Assembly: GCF_003704095.1 (NCBI RefSeq)
Contig: NW_020844495.1
Location: forward strand, 124,001-188,000
DNA: 64,000 nt
Direction: 5' to 3'
Source of the DNA: Pocillopora damicornis
Lineage: Eukaryota
In this document: positions 39,601-53,989 of the stretch, piece after piece
Layout of the letters: the number at the start of each line of letters is the position of its first letter
How positions within the stretch are numbered: position 1 is the first letter of the stretch
Position numbers and translations under genes: made by a program
Notes under the pieces: generated by a model
Seen by the model: only the letters and a program-made list of their open reading frames with translations
Databases searched by the model: none
What the model was told of the DNA's origin: nothing

Positions 39601-42600
39601 GATTCAAATTAATCCAATTTCAATTTTGCGTGTAGGTGATAAAACTTTGAATTGAAAATTGCAAAACTTAAAGACTTGATAGTTGCTGGAGTCTGATGAA
39701 AAATCGAATTCATTAGGAGGGCTGGAAAATAAAAAGAGGCGAATTTCCTCCTTCTAAAATCAATATTTTTTGTAAATTTTAATATGGCTAATAAAACAAA
39801 TAGCGTCAATTTTCAGAGCAAAGAATGACAAAACGCACTAACAGACAAAATCTTTGTGCAAATGATAAAAACTAGAAAACTAATTCGTATTCTCTGTCTA
39901 ACAGTCTTGTTTGGTCCTCTTTTCAACGCCTTTCCGCCACACGAAATGGTTTGTTTTGTCTTGACCACCATTCAAAAAAAACTCAAATGATTTCCTATGC
40001 TTTGTTTTACTGATCAAAACTAAATTTGAAATAGAAAGAAAAAGGTTCACATTGATACAATGAACTACTAATAAAGTATATTTTTTCCCGTTGGGATATG
40101 TTTTACATAGAGATGGTTCGATCAAAAATAGACTAGGAATATTATTCTGTACCAAGCCCAGTAAGGGGGAAAGAGCTTCAACGAATCATGCTTTTATCAA
40201 CATTTGCGAGTCGAAAGGAAAGACGTACACTCCCATCATTATTTTCATCTCGCAGCATTGTTAGTCTCGTGTTTGTGAAGTGAAGGCGGTCCAAAGTTAA
40301 GTGTATCCATTTTTGCACTCTACTGCTGCGAGTGCCCTCTCTTAATTCTGAGATTTCTCAACGGAAGATCAATTCTTTCATGTGAAGGTGGGGCTTTGCA
40401 ATAAGAGGGTCATCACAAAGTGTCACGTGATGAAGGTAAGACTTGAAAGGCTGTCAGTTCCTTTTCACAAAAACAATATTTTTTGAGGCTATAGAGAAAA
40501 ATTTTAAAATACGGAATACACATTTCATTTTTAACTTTCGATGTAAAACCAAAAAAGAATTCATAAAATATACAGCTATTCATAGGTAGAAATTATCATC
40601 TCTTAGTTGCTCATTAAATTTTAACGATTTTTTTGTGAGGATTCCCGTTGAAATAGGGATAAAAACTTATTGCGACCGCACATTTCTGATTATTTACTTG
40701 ACACCTTCACGACAACATATCAGATAAGGTTCTGCCAGCTAGTGGCTTGTTAATCTATGTGATAATCTACAATGAGATCTGCTTCAGAACTTAATTCTTT
40801 TTCGTTTACTCGCGTTTCCGATCAAAAAGCATTACACAAAACAATATCATAATATTTTCCTTCCCACCTACAGCATATGTAAACATTGAGGGAAAAGGAG
40901 ATTTCTCTTCAATAAATAAACACAGCATTAAATAGTGGAGACAAAAAAAATAAAATACGACACAAATTTGCCGTTATGGAAAACGAGATTATTTCTTGCC
41001 TTCCTTTTCTTCCTTTTCTTCCTTTTTCTTTTTTTCTCTCAAACCTTAGAATGTCATCTCGTGTTTTCATTCAAATTATCGATGTGTGCTTATGAAAAGC
41101 AACGTCAGTTAGTAATAACTTGCTTATCAACTGCACGTACAAAGAATTGACAATACAACTTTCGTAACCAATGTGGTATGATTGATAAAGCCAACTCAAA
41201 GAGTACAAGTCAGTTTTGTATGGTAACTTCTGTTCGGTGATCGTAACACTAGTCAATCGTCTGCTCAGGAAAGGGGATAAATTACGCAAACAATAGACAA
41301 AATAGAAGTGAAGCGTTAATTCTGTGAACAATTGTGCTAACCAACGACTTTTTTTTTTTTTGCGCCAATGTCTCGATTTAATCAGCTTCGGAGTTGATGA
41401 TGTCTGTTTAAACATCCTCAGAAACAATGTAGTATCAATGAGACGTGGCGCCGTTTGCCTTAGAGAAGGTCTGGCATTGACAAAATCTAGTTATGCCAGC
41501 AGACCTCTTTACTTCACTAAAAATATAAATACGTATTTCCTTCCTTCAACCTACTTAATTACCACCCACATTATTTTTGGAACAATCGATACGGTCACGG
41601 CCCGTAACTACTCACTATACAGCCGTTCCTGCAACCCTTCAAGGCTCCATTCAAGTCAGCCCGTCTTTGTTGTCAGAAACCTGAGACAAACCTAACTAAG
41701 TAGTCTTTCATTACTTTTGCCAAATAAACAACATGGTATGTGGGTTTTTTGCTAAACTTTCCAGGTAGATTCCTACATTTGAACAAATTTTCATATTCTA
41801 AGATTACAGATTCTACCACTGATCAGAGGATATGATAAATTAAGATAAAGCTTTTACTTTTAAAGAGGTTGCGGGGGTACAAATTGCTTTGTGAATGAAT
41901 GTGTGTAAAATCGCACAGATATTTTAACCAGCTGAGGGTGAATTCAATTTTCTTATTATCTCCTTCACAAAAGCTCAAATTTGTAATCCAAACAGTAACA
42001 ACACCTCTTCATAATGCTGAAAAGAGCAAGATCGAGAAAGTGATAGAATCTCTTTGTACAGCAGTATTTGTATTTCAAGTTATGACTCATTCATCTTTTC
42101 TCATCCGGTGTTACAGTTTCACAATAAGTTGTATAAGTCATTACAGCTTCTTCTGTTGTCATTCTGTCACCTATTTGCCACTATAGCGCAGGGGTCAGTT
42201 TAGAAAGCTAGTTGACTTGGGGAATAACCAAGTCTTCATCTTAGTATATGGGCCACTTCAGTTTTATGCTCTGGAGAAATGTTCTCCCATACTACTGTTT
42301 GAATACTCTGTACGCAAAACTTTACCGGGTCTATTGTAAGTTACCGCCTCTTCAACCTCAGGTGAATTCTAAATTCGCTAAATACCTGCTTTAATTGATA
42401 AAGTCTTTAATAAATTTTGCTCACCATCTTAGAGTGTGAACTATGATCTGTAATGCGTGACAATTGCATATTTGTGGTCTTCTTCTCCATTTTACAGCAC
42501 TTATCTGTGTATATGGCGTTTGTCACAAGGTTTTTTTTAAAATCTTAATCCCTCGCTCTCAATTACTTAGATGACGCACAGATCACGTGTAATATAGCTC

Positions 42601-43324
42601 GAGTTCTGTATTCGATCGATTCATCTATCTGTTTCCATGAATGTTTGAATGCCTATATTTCAAAGAGTTCAATGGCAAAGAATATTACTGTTATTTTTCA
42701 AGATAAAGACTGTTTGAAAAAGATTTCTTCGCTGCTTTGATGTTCCAAAAAAATGAAAAAAACTGAAGCTCGGAAGTAATATTGATGAGAAACATATCTT
42801 CATAACCAAGTGGGATCTGTTGTTTAATCCGGCCCGCCCATTCACTAATTAACATACGCATGGAACAGTTTTCAGAACTGTCGTTTTTAAACGATTTATC
42901 TCGAAAATATTTTGTCACTGTTGCATGTTTACCATGGATAGTCTATGAACTTCCACGAAACTGCAATCTTACCGTAAATTCTCGTAATTCAAGCGATCAT
43001 GAAATGACACAGTATGGCCGCAGAGGGGATGTTGCGAAATGCCATTATTTTTCATGGAAAATCCTAAAATTTCAAAAATACCTCACACTACTTGTTGTTA
43101 TTTTCAGATTGCCATTTCCGTTCCAGATATGATAACATCTGATCCTGTTATGGGGTGCTTCTTGCGTAGACCATATAAAAATAATGCACCTTCGAGTTCC
43201 GATTCCTGCCGGTTCAAAGTACTAACGTTACCACGGTCTTTGTGTATCAAAATCTATGGCTAAAGGAACCGGATGAGAGAAAAGCTCTTGAAGTAAAGTT
43301 ATTTTAATCAGCTAAATATGCATG

Positions 43325-43368
43325 TAAGTGATTAATGGATGTAGCCTTGATTTATGATTGACTGACAG
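43325..43368 (+). promoter_or_regulatory. Candidate Pbx-Hox-Meis enhancer module
   Basis: TGATTAATGG 43329-43338, TGATTTATGA 43348-43357, TGATTGAC 43355-43362, TGACAG 43363-43368. Confidence 0.5.
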
Positions 43369-44099
43369 AGAGGACACACTTGTAAGTTATATCTTTGCGT
43401 TAAAAGGGGTTATTAAAACCCTCGTTGCTTCTTATGGAACGAAAAGACATTTTGAAAGCCACATCCGGCGGTCGTCTGTTTTTATCAAAAACAATCCCAC
43501 TCTGTCTTACGCAGAATAAACTTTCCAGCACGAATTGACGGAACCAACCAAAGCCACGAGCTGTGAAGATTTACCCAAGTGGTTTAAATCTCATGAAAGT
43601 ATTGCACGGGCTTTGTGGGGCGTATCACGTTTTTGACGAGCTTTAACGTAACGATTTTGGCACACTCTCTTTCGTGAGAGGGTGTTTTGTTTTCAGTGGC
43701 ATTTTAGACCATAACTAACAGAGGATAAGAGCGTAAAGGTCACTTACGAAATCTGGTTAAATCTCGATATTCACTGAGTGTACGCAGAGAAGCTTAGTGT
43801 CGCTAATCGCACTCAAACTCCGGACATAGAAGATAAGAAGTAATGGGATATTGTCTAGCAATTTTAATTCTCCACGAAGAACATTTAGCAGGCAATAACT
43901 ACTAACACTGCAGATTTTAAAACTACTTACATGGAGCTGACAAAACTCCTCTTTGATACCATACTGTGGTTTGAGTCGAGAGAAAGCCCACATTATAAGG
44001 TAAAGATAAGAAATACGCTCCCGTTAAACACTAATCAACCTGGACTAATGTGCAGTTCTAGGATCTTCATTCATTTCAGTCAGTGAGTTACAATATAAA

Positions 44100-44670
44100 T
44101 TAAACGCTGTAGTTTGTGAACATCCTACGAAACAATTCCAAGCAGTACTACTATTATGTGGTACTCTTAATTGTGCTACAAAAGGTAGTTTTAACTCTGT
44201 AGATAAAACTCCACTGTATGACCTTTCAAATGAAAGGTACCATGCAGTAACTTCCCAGGGCGCTCTTAAACAATATACAAGGTGATTCTAACTAAGTCTG
44301 TGTCATTGTCTACCTTTTTCTAAGTCTGCGAATGAAAGCTTAATGTGTGACCATACATTCCTCTGAAAGCTGCTAAGCAGCACTTTCAAGAAGTAATTTT
44401 ATCATGCTCATTAGAAGGGTGTGACTCTTAAGTCTTTTGGCAAACCCTCCTAGTGTATCATAATTCAATAGGAACTGTCAAACAGCTTCAAACAATATTA
44501 ATTTAGTTTGCAACCCACCGAGTGTATCTGTGATGCGTTACCATTCTAATGAAAGCTATCTTTAACTTTGTTAACTTAAATGAAAGCTTTTAAGCATTAC
44601 TTTCCATGTGGTATGTATATTATGCTGTACAAGATATGAGTTCTAATCGGTCAGTAAAATCCTAGCAAAC
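44100..44670 (+). repeat. Same ~100-bp-unit repeat family, several decayed copies
   Basis: Recurrent aatgaaagct...gcagtact...tgtggta...tacaaggt...ttctaact...tctgt; boundaries approximate. Confidence 0.7.
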
Positions 44671-46699
44671 GCCCTTTAACACAAATGGGCTTAAGAAATG
44701 CAGTTGCGGTTCACTGAAAGCCCTTTATGAAAATGTAGTCGTAGATGTCATAGGGCACAAGTGATTTTATCCTTTATACGCTATTTGCTTTAATTTTGTG
44801 TGATGCTGATAATTCTTAAAATTTAACAAAAAAGATTTAGATAATGGATTATAACTGCTACTGTTTAAGTAGTTGTTTAGACTCTGTCCAGAAACCCAGC
44901 ACGACCAAACCAACTTAACCTGCTGAAGTGTTTACGCAAACACGCCTCTAAAAATACTGTGTCTCTTCGCCGAAACAATTCTTTCCTCGAGAAATTGGAA
45001 CTTCCATCACCGAGGGTTTACTCCTTCGCATAAGCTCAAAAACAACAACAACAAAAAAATGACAACAGAATAAAAATAACAAAAGCATTTTACCAAAGCG
45101 TGAGTGGTTTGTACAGTAAATATTCTAAGCTGACAGGCAAACGGTAATCAAAACCACTGTCAATCAAGGTAAATTAGTGGCAATAATTCAAGCTGGTATA
45201 ATCTGCAACTAAAGAACTTCACATCCAGGAGTTAATTTCATTTTCTTGAGAGAATATTTGACATGAGATTGCCTCGAGCAATTGTCACATTCCGTGCGAA
45301 ATATGCATCCGGATTGGCTTACAAAATTACACACAAGCGGGGCCTACGACCTTGCACTGCGTCGGCAAAGGAATAGCCTATTTGGATGACTCATTTTCCT
45401 GACTGAGCAGCGAACAAAAAGCACATGAGAATATCGCCACGCTTTATTTATCCGACTTTACACATGGACAAAGGTTACTTGAATTCGAAGAAATATTGCT
45501 GCACGAGTCCTGAGTGAAGTTAGCTATTATACGCTGCGTGCGCTCTGCCGGCCATAACAAGCAGTACATAAATTCTTAAGTAATAGAAAGGAACAGTTGA
45601 GTGGTTTAAAAAAATTCTTGAACTCCAGCACTCGACTAACAATACTTCCGGACTTTCCAAGTTGATGCAGTGTCTAAATTCAACTGAGCCCATCTGCATT
45701 TTTCTTAAAAAACAGCAAGTTAACACCAGCAAGGAGGGTATTTACACCGCATGAATTCGAGACGTGCGAAAATCCGTGCAGTTTTGAGTGAATAATTCTG
45801 GTGAAGATCTTCATTTTGTTATCAAAGCAGAAAAGACAAATAATGAATCATAGTCTCCGAGACTTTGGCTAAATAAACCCAAGTCACTTTGAAACACGTT
45901 TCTTCCTCATTCGCTCCAAAATGGCACAACACAAAATGAATTGAAGCCAACTCATGACACTATCCCTGTTTTCTTATTCAATGCCTGCTATATCTCATGA
46001 ACAGCTTGCAAGATAGATTAACGTGCACATTTCGATCTTAAACATGACAAAAAAGCGCTTGAACGCAACTTTCTTCTTGCCTAAAGAGCATCGCTTCATA
46101 CATTCATTTATTTTCGAAAATGTGCAAAGTTCAATGTATATTACTCTCGAGAATCAACGAAGCTGAGTCGTCCGACACTATTACGGTTTCGGTTTACTTA
46201 CATGAATTTCTGTTTAGGAGTCATGTATGTTTACAACATGAGAATTTTTCAGCTCCAAGTGTTATGCTCATTGTTGTCGCGAACTTGCAATGACATTCCA
46301 CAAGAAACAAATCAGAAGGTCGAACTAGGAAAGACTCACGAACGTGGAAGTTCGTCTCACAAGACGCTCCAATCAAAAGAAACAAAAAGCGGCAAGTTAA
46401 TTCCTATTAGGTAGCTTTTCAATCGATATGAAACACTTCTTGATCTGAAGAGTTTCGCTGATACGATCCGCAGGCTCACACTCAGAGAAACTCAATTTGT
46501 ATTGCGGTTTTGTCAGTGATAAACAAAGCTTGGAAGTACAATCAAGAAGCCTCCATTTGCAAACGGGTTCAATCGCACACCTCAGAGGTACATTTTGTAG
46601 CATATTACTATTCATTTGCATGGTTACACATTAGGGTTCTATCCGCAAACTTAAAAGTCAGAACCATTTTGTACCTCATAATAAACAGGGCCATATGGA

Positions 46700-46950
46700 A
46701 ATAATGCCCACCTTTCATGTAAATGGACTCATATTGGGGTTTTATCCACAGAATTAATTGTAACCACCATCTTGTACAGCAATAACTGAAAGTACTGCCA
46801 AGTAGCTTTCTTTTGTATGGTGGTACGCGTGGGTTTTATCCATACACTTAAACTGAAGTAAGAGTCACCTTGCACAGCATAACAAAGAGTACTATATAAA
46901 AGAACTGTTCAGTAGCTTTCATTTGAGCGGTTATTGTATTGGGTTTTGTA
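46700..46950 (-). repeat. Same ~100-bp-unit repeat family, ~2.5 copies
   Basis: gggttttatcca...cc.tg.acagca...agtact...agtagctttc repeated. Confidence 0.7.
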
Positions 46951-49643
46951 AAATGGGGGTCATGTTAACTTAAACGAGTAATAAAGAACACAAGTTATTA
47001 GCAAGTACGGTAAAATTGATCACCTTTCTTGGAGAGACTTAAGAAAGTTGTCCAACTTTACAATTAATATGTTATGGATTTAATAGCGAGAAAATGGGTA
47101 AGGAATGTTTCATGGATTTGACTTGTACATGATATGAAAGGAATCGATTTGTACGGGTAAGGCTGTAGTTGGAGCAACTGTATAAATTCAGGCCAAAACA
47201 AAATCATTTCGGGTTTCGCAGAGGCTTACCTGCAGTTTACAAGTGAAAATCTATTCATCATTCGTCATTAGCTAAGTCTATTATTCTTTGTGACTGTTAC
47301 GGAATTCAAGGCAGATTAGCTCTCATTGCCACCGGAGGAAAAAAACCTACTTTCGCTCAACCAAAAGGTAAAATTTCTAGCAAAATATGACCAATTTCTC
47401 GTTTCTTCCGACCTGATCTATTAAGCTGCAGTATTCGAGGGAAGTTGAAGGACTGTTAAGTTTGGTAAAGACTACTTTGATACTTTTCACGCTATGCTGT
47501 TCGCAGTCAGGGCTTCCGTAGCAATCTAGGCCTATTAATTAAGTAGTTTGCCCGCACAAAATTTGCAAATTCGTTATCACAGCAAGCTGTTCTCTAAAAC
47601 AAACCTACAAACACCTGGTTATATCTTGCACAAATGTTTGTTTAAAGTAATTGCATTGTACAAACCTTATACATGGGGTATCACACATTCGAACGAGGGG
47701 GCGTCACCGGACAATAATAAGCTTGTGTGAAAAATACCACATTGTGGTTAGGTACGTGATTATGAACAAAATCTTCGATCTTCCGGTAAATATGGACTAC
47801 TAACCACACATGGCAATCTTTAGAATAGTTGTTAGTTCAAAAGACACGATGGTTTTGTAAGACTAACCGTTCACTTTTAGACCGGGCCTCTAAATGACCG
47901 CTACGAAATGGTGATGTTTACATAGCTCTGATCTCTTTTGTGTTTAGAGTTGGAGCATACTTTCCATCCTCTATGATGTTTTTCTTGTTAGCCTCAGAAG
48001 TCTCCTTCATTTAAGCTTGTTTTCTGTTTAGCCTTTGACTTCTTTATTTAAATTCGTTTCATACATGGTGAGAAACGATGAGTCCCACAAAAACGGCAAG
48101 TAGTTCGACATTCACATTTGAAACATGTAATTATGTGGTACACTTAGCTCATAAAAGTACTGAGTCTAAGCTGATAAAATCAAATTACGTTTCAATAAAA
48201 ATTAAATTTATTTTCTAAATTGGATTAGAGCTCCCTTCGCTCATTCATAAATCTTGGAGACTCAAATCTCGAAAGTTTCTGATTTGCTATTGAATAAGTC
48301 AAGCACTTAACCTCCCCAAAAAAGCATAGAATGACACTAGGTGAAACTGTCATTGAATATGTCAATTGCTCGTGTACTTTGAGCTTTTGTAGCTCGACAG
48401 ACACTAGAAAGAACCATGAGGTACAAAGGTGGCTACAAAATAATTTTGCGAAAAAATGAACTAAAGTTCTTCCTTGACGGCGCTGACAACGGCTTAAAGC
48501 TAGACGATCAAGAACAAAAGTTGGACGACCAAAAGTAAAATGGGACGAAGTTTCATTCATGAGCCGGTTAGAAAACAGATTTCAAAGAAAAGCGTGTATT
48601 TAAGCTTATGTTTTACTTTGTTAACTATCCACAAGACCAAACAGAGCTACAAACGATGTATTTATGTTCATTCAATTGGCATGATCACCAAGTCACTACT
48701 TGGCAAGCTAATTGGTCGACCACGTGTCACACAACATCATCATTGCGGGAGTCACGTCTGTCATCCAATCTCAGCCCACCTGGGAAGCAAATTATGAGAA
48801 GCTATCTGGTCTAAGGTCCATAACTGAAACTCTGTGAATGTTTTTGGTGAAAATGGCTTTTTATGAAAGAATTTCCCACTTCGACCTTGAAGTGCCCGTT
48901 ACTTACCAAAGAAACATACTAAAGGCCACAAACATGCCTCTCACTGACAAACATTGGTCCCTGAACGTATGCCAAGAGCTAATGGGTCTGTTAATTTTAA
49001 GCTTTAAAGCTCTGGAGATTCTTACACGTTACAATACACAGGACTAAGAGAAGTAGACTTGACATGATCAAGAGAAATAAAACAATCTGGCAAGTCTTTC
49101 CGTTTTCCCTTACGGGTTAATCCCCGTCTTATCAGCCCAAAGCTTCCACTATGAGCAGATAGACATCGTAACGTCTATTGAGTTCAAATGAACTGTCCTT
49201 GAATACGTGCCTAAATCCATTAAACGACGATCGTTTGTTTGACATGGCTGACAGATTAAATCCGATAAAAGGAAATGAGTGACGTTTGAGACAGAGCGTC
49301 ACTGGTTTGGTGAATGCCATGAGAAAGAGGAATTCTAATGCTGCTTAATTTGAAGATCACTTGTCCTCTCTTACTGAAGGGCCGTTTGAGCACGTTCGCA
49401 CGTTTTCCGTGCCAGATTTCTCCTAAATCCGGGTTTACGAGACGGAAAAATGACCTCTGGGTCGTGTGTGATGTTTTACGTCAGACTGGCCTCTTAATCC
49501 GCTGTCACTAACAACATTGAACACTCATGCAGCTACTTTGGCATTTCCGTTGTAGGAAATCAATTTTGTTATTGTTTGTCTTGTAAAGTATTGCACTTAT
49601 CTAAATTATTTTTAAACTCTTACGGATCAGCACCTCAGCCATG

Positions 49644-49704
49644 GACCAATCAGAGGACTGTCTGTCTAGTGTTAACGCGGAGACCACTCGATAAGGTCCC
49701 GCCC
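49644..49704 (+). promoter_or_regulatory. Proximal promoter of gene D: CCAAT box, NK-like site, GC box
   Basis: gaccaatcag, accactcga and cccgccc ~95-155 bp upstream of the ATG at 49798. Confidence 0.5.
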
Positions 49705-49797
49705 TAATTTCCTGTATTTTGCCACACGCAAAAGCTAAACAGGACAGCTCGCGCGAGTTAGTGATAACTTATGCGTCTTGTATACAAAGCAAGAACT

Positions 49798-50020
49798 ATG
49801 GCTCAGCTAAGTTCAAAGCAAATCATCACTTTCTCCATCGACGGTATCCTAAGCTCTGGCAACGAAGAGGAAAATCTTCGAAGAAGCTCGGTGGATTATC
49901 GAGAAGACATCATCAAAACGGAAACATTTCCATCTGCTGAGAAATCAACAGTACATGTCGAAATCAACGCGGCGAGAACGAACAACAATAGCCCTGATTA
50001 TAAGTTGGATAAACATTGTG
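49798..50020 (+). CDS. Nkx2.2: NK2 gene D, coding exon 1 (eh1 motif ITFSIDGILS; in-frame upstream ATG at 49771)
   Basis: eh1-like motif; strong donor G|GTGAGT at 50021; 223 nt (phase 1); matches phase of exon at 53457; intron 3436 bp. Confidence 0.82.
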
Positions 50021-53000
50021 GTGAGTATGAAAATTTTGTTTTCGTGGGATATATTTTTTCTGAGGGTTCAATGTATTTCCGCATCGTATCTTGGAAGAGC
50101 CACAACGTATAAGTGTTAAACACACTTTTAAAAATACAGGAAAGAGAAGCATTAGTCGCCTCTCAGCGATTTAAAGCTATGAGGAGTAAATGCCAGGATA
50201 GGAGGTTACTCTTTTCGTTATGATGCTGTAATTTCCTTCCTTAAAACCCCTTAATGAACACGATGTATTCGGTAATAATTTCCCTGGCTTTTGTCTTACG
50301 CGATAACAATCGTGAAGCTTGCACACTTTTCATTCCGCGTGATCACTGCCTTAGAAACAATTCTCTTTTCTTCATGATCGTCCTCGTCTACTGAGGGCCT
50401 GGAAAAGGCTAAAACTTGTCCATTAATTGCTTTTTAAGAAAGGTTAACTCGGTCAAGCTGTAGATCATTATTTTTAGAAGTGGGAAATGCAAACATTATT
50501 TCTCTGAAAGGTGTTCGAATCCAATTAAAATAGCATCGAGAAGGACTAAATTGGATAATGTTTTAACCAGATCATCCGAATATTCCTGCATCCACTCTTC
50601 ATCCACTCTTCATTACTAACTGATAACTTCAGTATCATGTTCATTAGGAGATCAAAGGAAGCTTTGTGTTATCGCACACGAACAGGTTCTTCATGGGAAA
50701 TTAAAATCCGTATTTCAGCGTAGTGGCTATCACCAGGCTTTCAAACGGAACTCACGCGCTCTCATATCTCACTACATACTATATAAAATCGTCGTCTCTT
50801 GTGTTCTTTCCTCTTTCTCTCCAGTTTCTTTTTCAATCCAGTTGTGACTTTGATTTACGGATAAACACATAAGATAATATTTCTTTGGGTTTATTTGACA
50901 TGTTAACGATGTTTTTGATAACTTCATCTTCTCTCTCCGGAAGAATTTAATTAGCCTTACTCACTCAGAAATAACTGTCCGTATTTACTCTCTCTACGTG
51001 CTTCTCCAAGCAGCTTCTACACGTTAGCTTTTCTCATTTTATTCCGAGTTGAGCTTAAGTGGATTTCAGTTCAAATCGAAACGTGACAAGCACAAAAAAA
51101 GCGTGAAGCACTGCATTTATCACTGTCTGACGAGAAAGCCTTGTGGTTAGGATTAAATTCAAACGTAGACAGGAAAAACGCAACAACTTTCTAATAATCT
51201 TATCTTAAACACGCCAACTCAAGAGCAACAGAATTGGTACAGTTTTCTATTAGCAATATCATGAACCTCTTAAGTCCTTGAACAGTGGGTTTTAAAGGCG
51301 AAAGCTAAAATGCTATTAGCATGCATTGTAGAGAATTAGAGAATAAAAGATCATGAAGTGAAATACTTGAACCACTTAACAAACTAGACTGCGGAGAACC
51401 TTGGAAATTTAGAGTATGTGCAAAAATGCACAGATTCTCATGCAAATTAAGTCATGAAGGCTTTTACGGAGAGTTGAAACTGATTTGTCAAGTGACGAGA
51501 TGATTGTCAAATTCTGTAAAATTCTGGTAAAATTATGGTCACTATAGACAGAAAATGACAGAAAATCGTGCCAGTAGAGGAGTCATTCATGCTGGTTCGT
51601 CTGACAACATGGGCGCCATTTGTCTAAAAGTGGTTCTTTGACCCCAAGAGATTACACTCACTGCAGATTATAAGGTGTAAATGTTTTAGAAGTAGGCGGA
51701 GTTGCGTTCTTGAGGCACTCTTGGATCGAAGTATTATTATTTTCACCAAGACACGCAATGATTTTATTATCAAAGGTGTTGTTCATTTTAGCTCATTTTT
51801 CACACTCGGTGAACACTCTATTTCGGGAAAGTGACTCAATCAACTCACAACTTGTCAAGTCTCAAATGAAAGAAGGTTCTAAACTGTCACATGCCTGTAA
51901 ATCTGGAACAGTGGGTCTCAAAATATGGTAGAAATGTGGCCCGGAGGATTGATTTGCTTCCGAGAGTCACTCGTATCGCTAAATCGACACACAACTGGCC
52001 TTTGAGACCAAATGTCTACTTCCACGTTCATGGTTAAGATCTTCATTAGATTTTATCTCTTATTAACTTGTGGAGAAACAAACAAGGCGAAATATGTTGG
52101 TAATTGCTGGAATCTATGAACTAAATTAAGTATAAAAGAGTTGATCAGACATCAAAACTAACTGACACTCTGGCTTAACCGAACATGCACACCATGAGCG
52201 CCAAATAAGTTGAGCTGCTAATTCTCATGTTTGTACAGATAACGTCACAGCATTGTTTTCATTCATTTAAAATGTTCCATGCTCGCCCTCCCATGAATTA
52301 GTAAAAGAAACATTTCTTGGATAGTCGTTTCTCGGCGTTACTGAAGATTAATAATTTTCGAAAAAGTTATGCTCATAAGCACAGCTTTATGATTAACAAG
52401 TAAGCTTAGCAGTTTTCACGAAAAGCGCCGTCGTGATATGTAAAGGATCCATTTGTTAGAGGTTATATTTTTTTTCCTTAAAAATTGACCATACTAAGGC
52501 TCTGCATCGAGTGAATGGACTGGGTTGTGTCGTGGTGCTTAACGAAATAATTGACATTATGGAAAGTCTACTGGTTTTGCTGGCACGAACAAGTTAAGTT
52601 CTCTTGTGGGCTTTTCCTGTGCTCGCTCAACGAGGTCATAGTGAGCTATGGCGGAAATTAGAAAGTAAACACAGGCTTAAGTACTACATTTAGCTTTTAT
52701 TAGGAGAAGAATATGTCTGGTTTTGGTGGGTAGAGGGATCTTTGACTACAATTCTTCATGTGCTTGTCATTCTGTAATAAATTCATGAAAACAGTAACCT
52801 TGTTGAATGCTTGAAAGATTTTGGCACAATTGGCTGTATCTCAAAACTTTCAACCTGTTTACCTCTCGTATTTAAAGCTTGAATCCTCGAGATTTTATTG
52901 GCAATGTAAAGCTCATTCTTTGTTAAGCCAACCTTCAATTCCTCAGTTTTTGATGGCGAAAGGACCCATCAGTATTATCTGCATAGAGCTAAAACTTTCA

Positions 53001-53456
53001 ATGATCAAAACAGTAGGCTTTTTACGACTGGCTAGCTAAACCCTCTAGGAGAAAACTAATTTGCTGATGAAACAAGAGGTAGATATGAGTCTCGATAAGG
53101 CCGCTAAAACCTTACTGGTTGGGGCAATTCACGAAAGACCGCGACCACAGAGGTGCTGAGGCATTACAGTTGGTTCTTTACTATAGAGGCTGCTGTATCT
53201 GGTTATGCGAGTGTACTGACCAAAAGGGTGAATGGCTTAAGACGATTATAACGCTTCAAATAGTGGCTTTTCATTAAACGATTTAGTGGTCTACAGCCTT
53301 ACTGCTGGTAAAGATGAAATATGATTATTTGAGACTTTGGTATAAATAACACTGCACGCAACTCTCTCATCTATAACTCGCCTACATATTGATCAACTAG
53401 TTATATTAACTCAATCGATAATGGTAGGCTGTAATAATTTGTTCGTTTTCTCATAG

Positions 53457-53989
53457 AATCTGGGATTAAAGAAACAGAAGGTAATACAGATTCCTCAGCT
53501 GCTACCAAGATAAAAGCGTCAAACAAGAAAAAGAGACGTGTTTTATTTTCAAAGGCTCAAGTGTACCAATTAGAAAGCAGATTTCGCGTTCAAAAGTACC
53601 TTTCGGCTGTTGAAAGAGATCAGTTGGCTAGAATGATCAACCTGACACCCTCACAGGTGAAAATTTGGTTTCAGAACCATCGATACAAGAGTCGTCAGCA
53701 GATTAAGCATGATGGACAGTTCGAGGACGACCCCAAGGTTCCATGCGGGGGACACTACCATCCGGCAGAGGTTCCGTGCTTACAGCCATGCCCGTATTAC
53801 GAGCCTAGGGACACAATCAATTCATTCTCCTCGGCTTTCATGCCTTGGTCTTCAGTATGTCCAGCCTCTTCGCTGGCTCCAATAAACACTTTCTCGTTCT
53901 CACCACCTCCCGGTCAACATTTCGTACGCTATCCTTCGTGCCAATATGAAAGCCAAAGACAACCGCTGTATCCTCCAGTTTTTTATTAA
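53457..53989 (+). CDS. Nkx2.2: NK2 gene D, coding exon 2 (divergent homeodomain); ~251 aa spliced
   Basis: Acceptor tttgttcgttttctcatag|AA; frame open through [34 protein letters not shown]...WFQNHRYK (the ORF track starts mid-homeodomain at a GTG). Confidence 0.93.
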
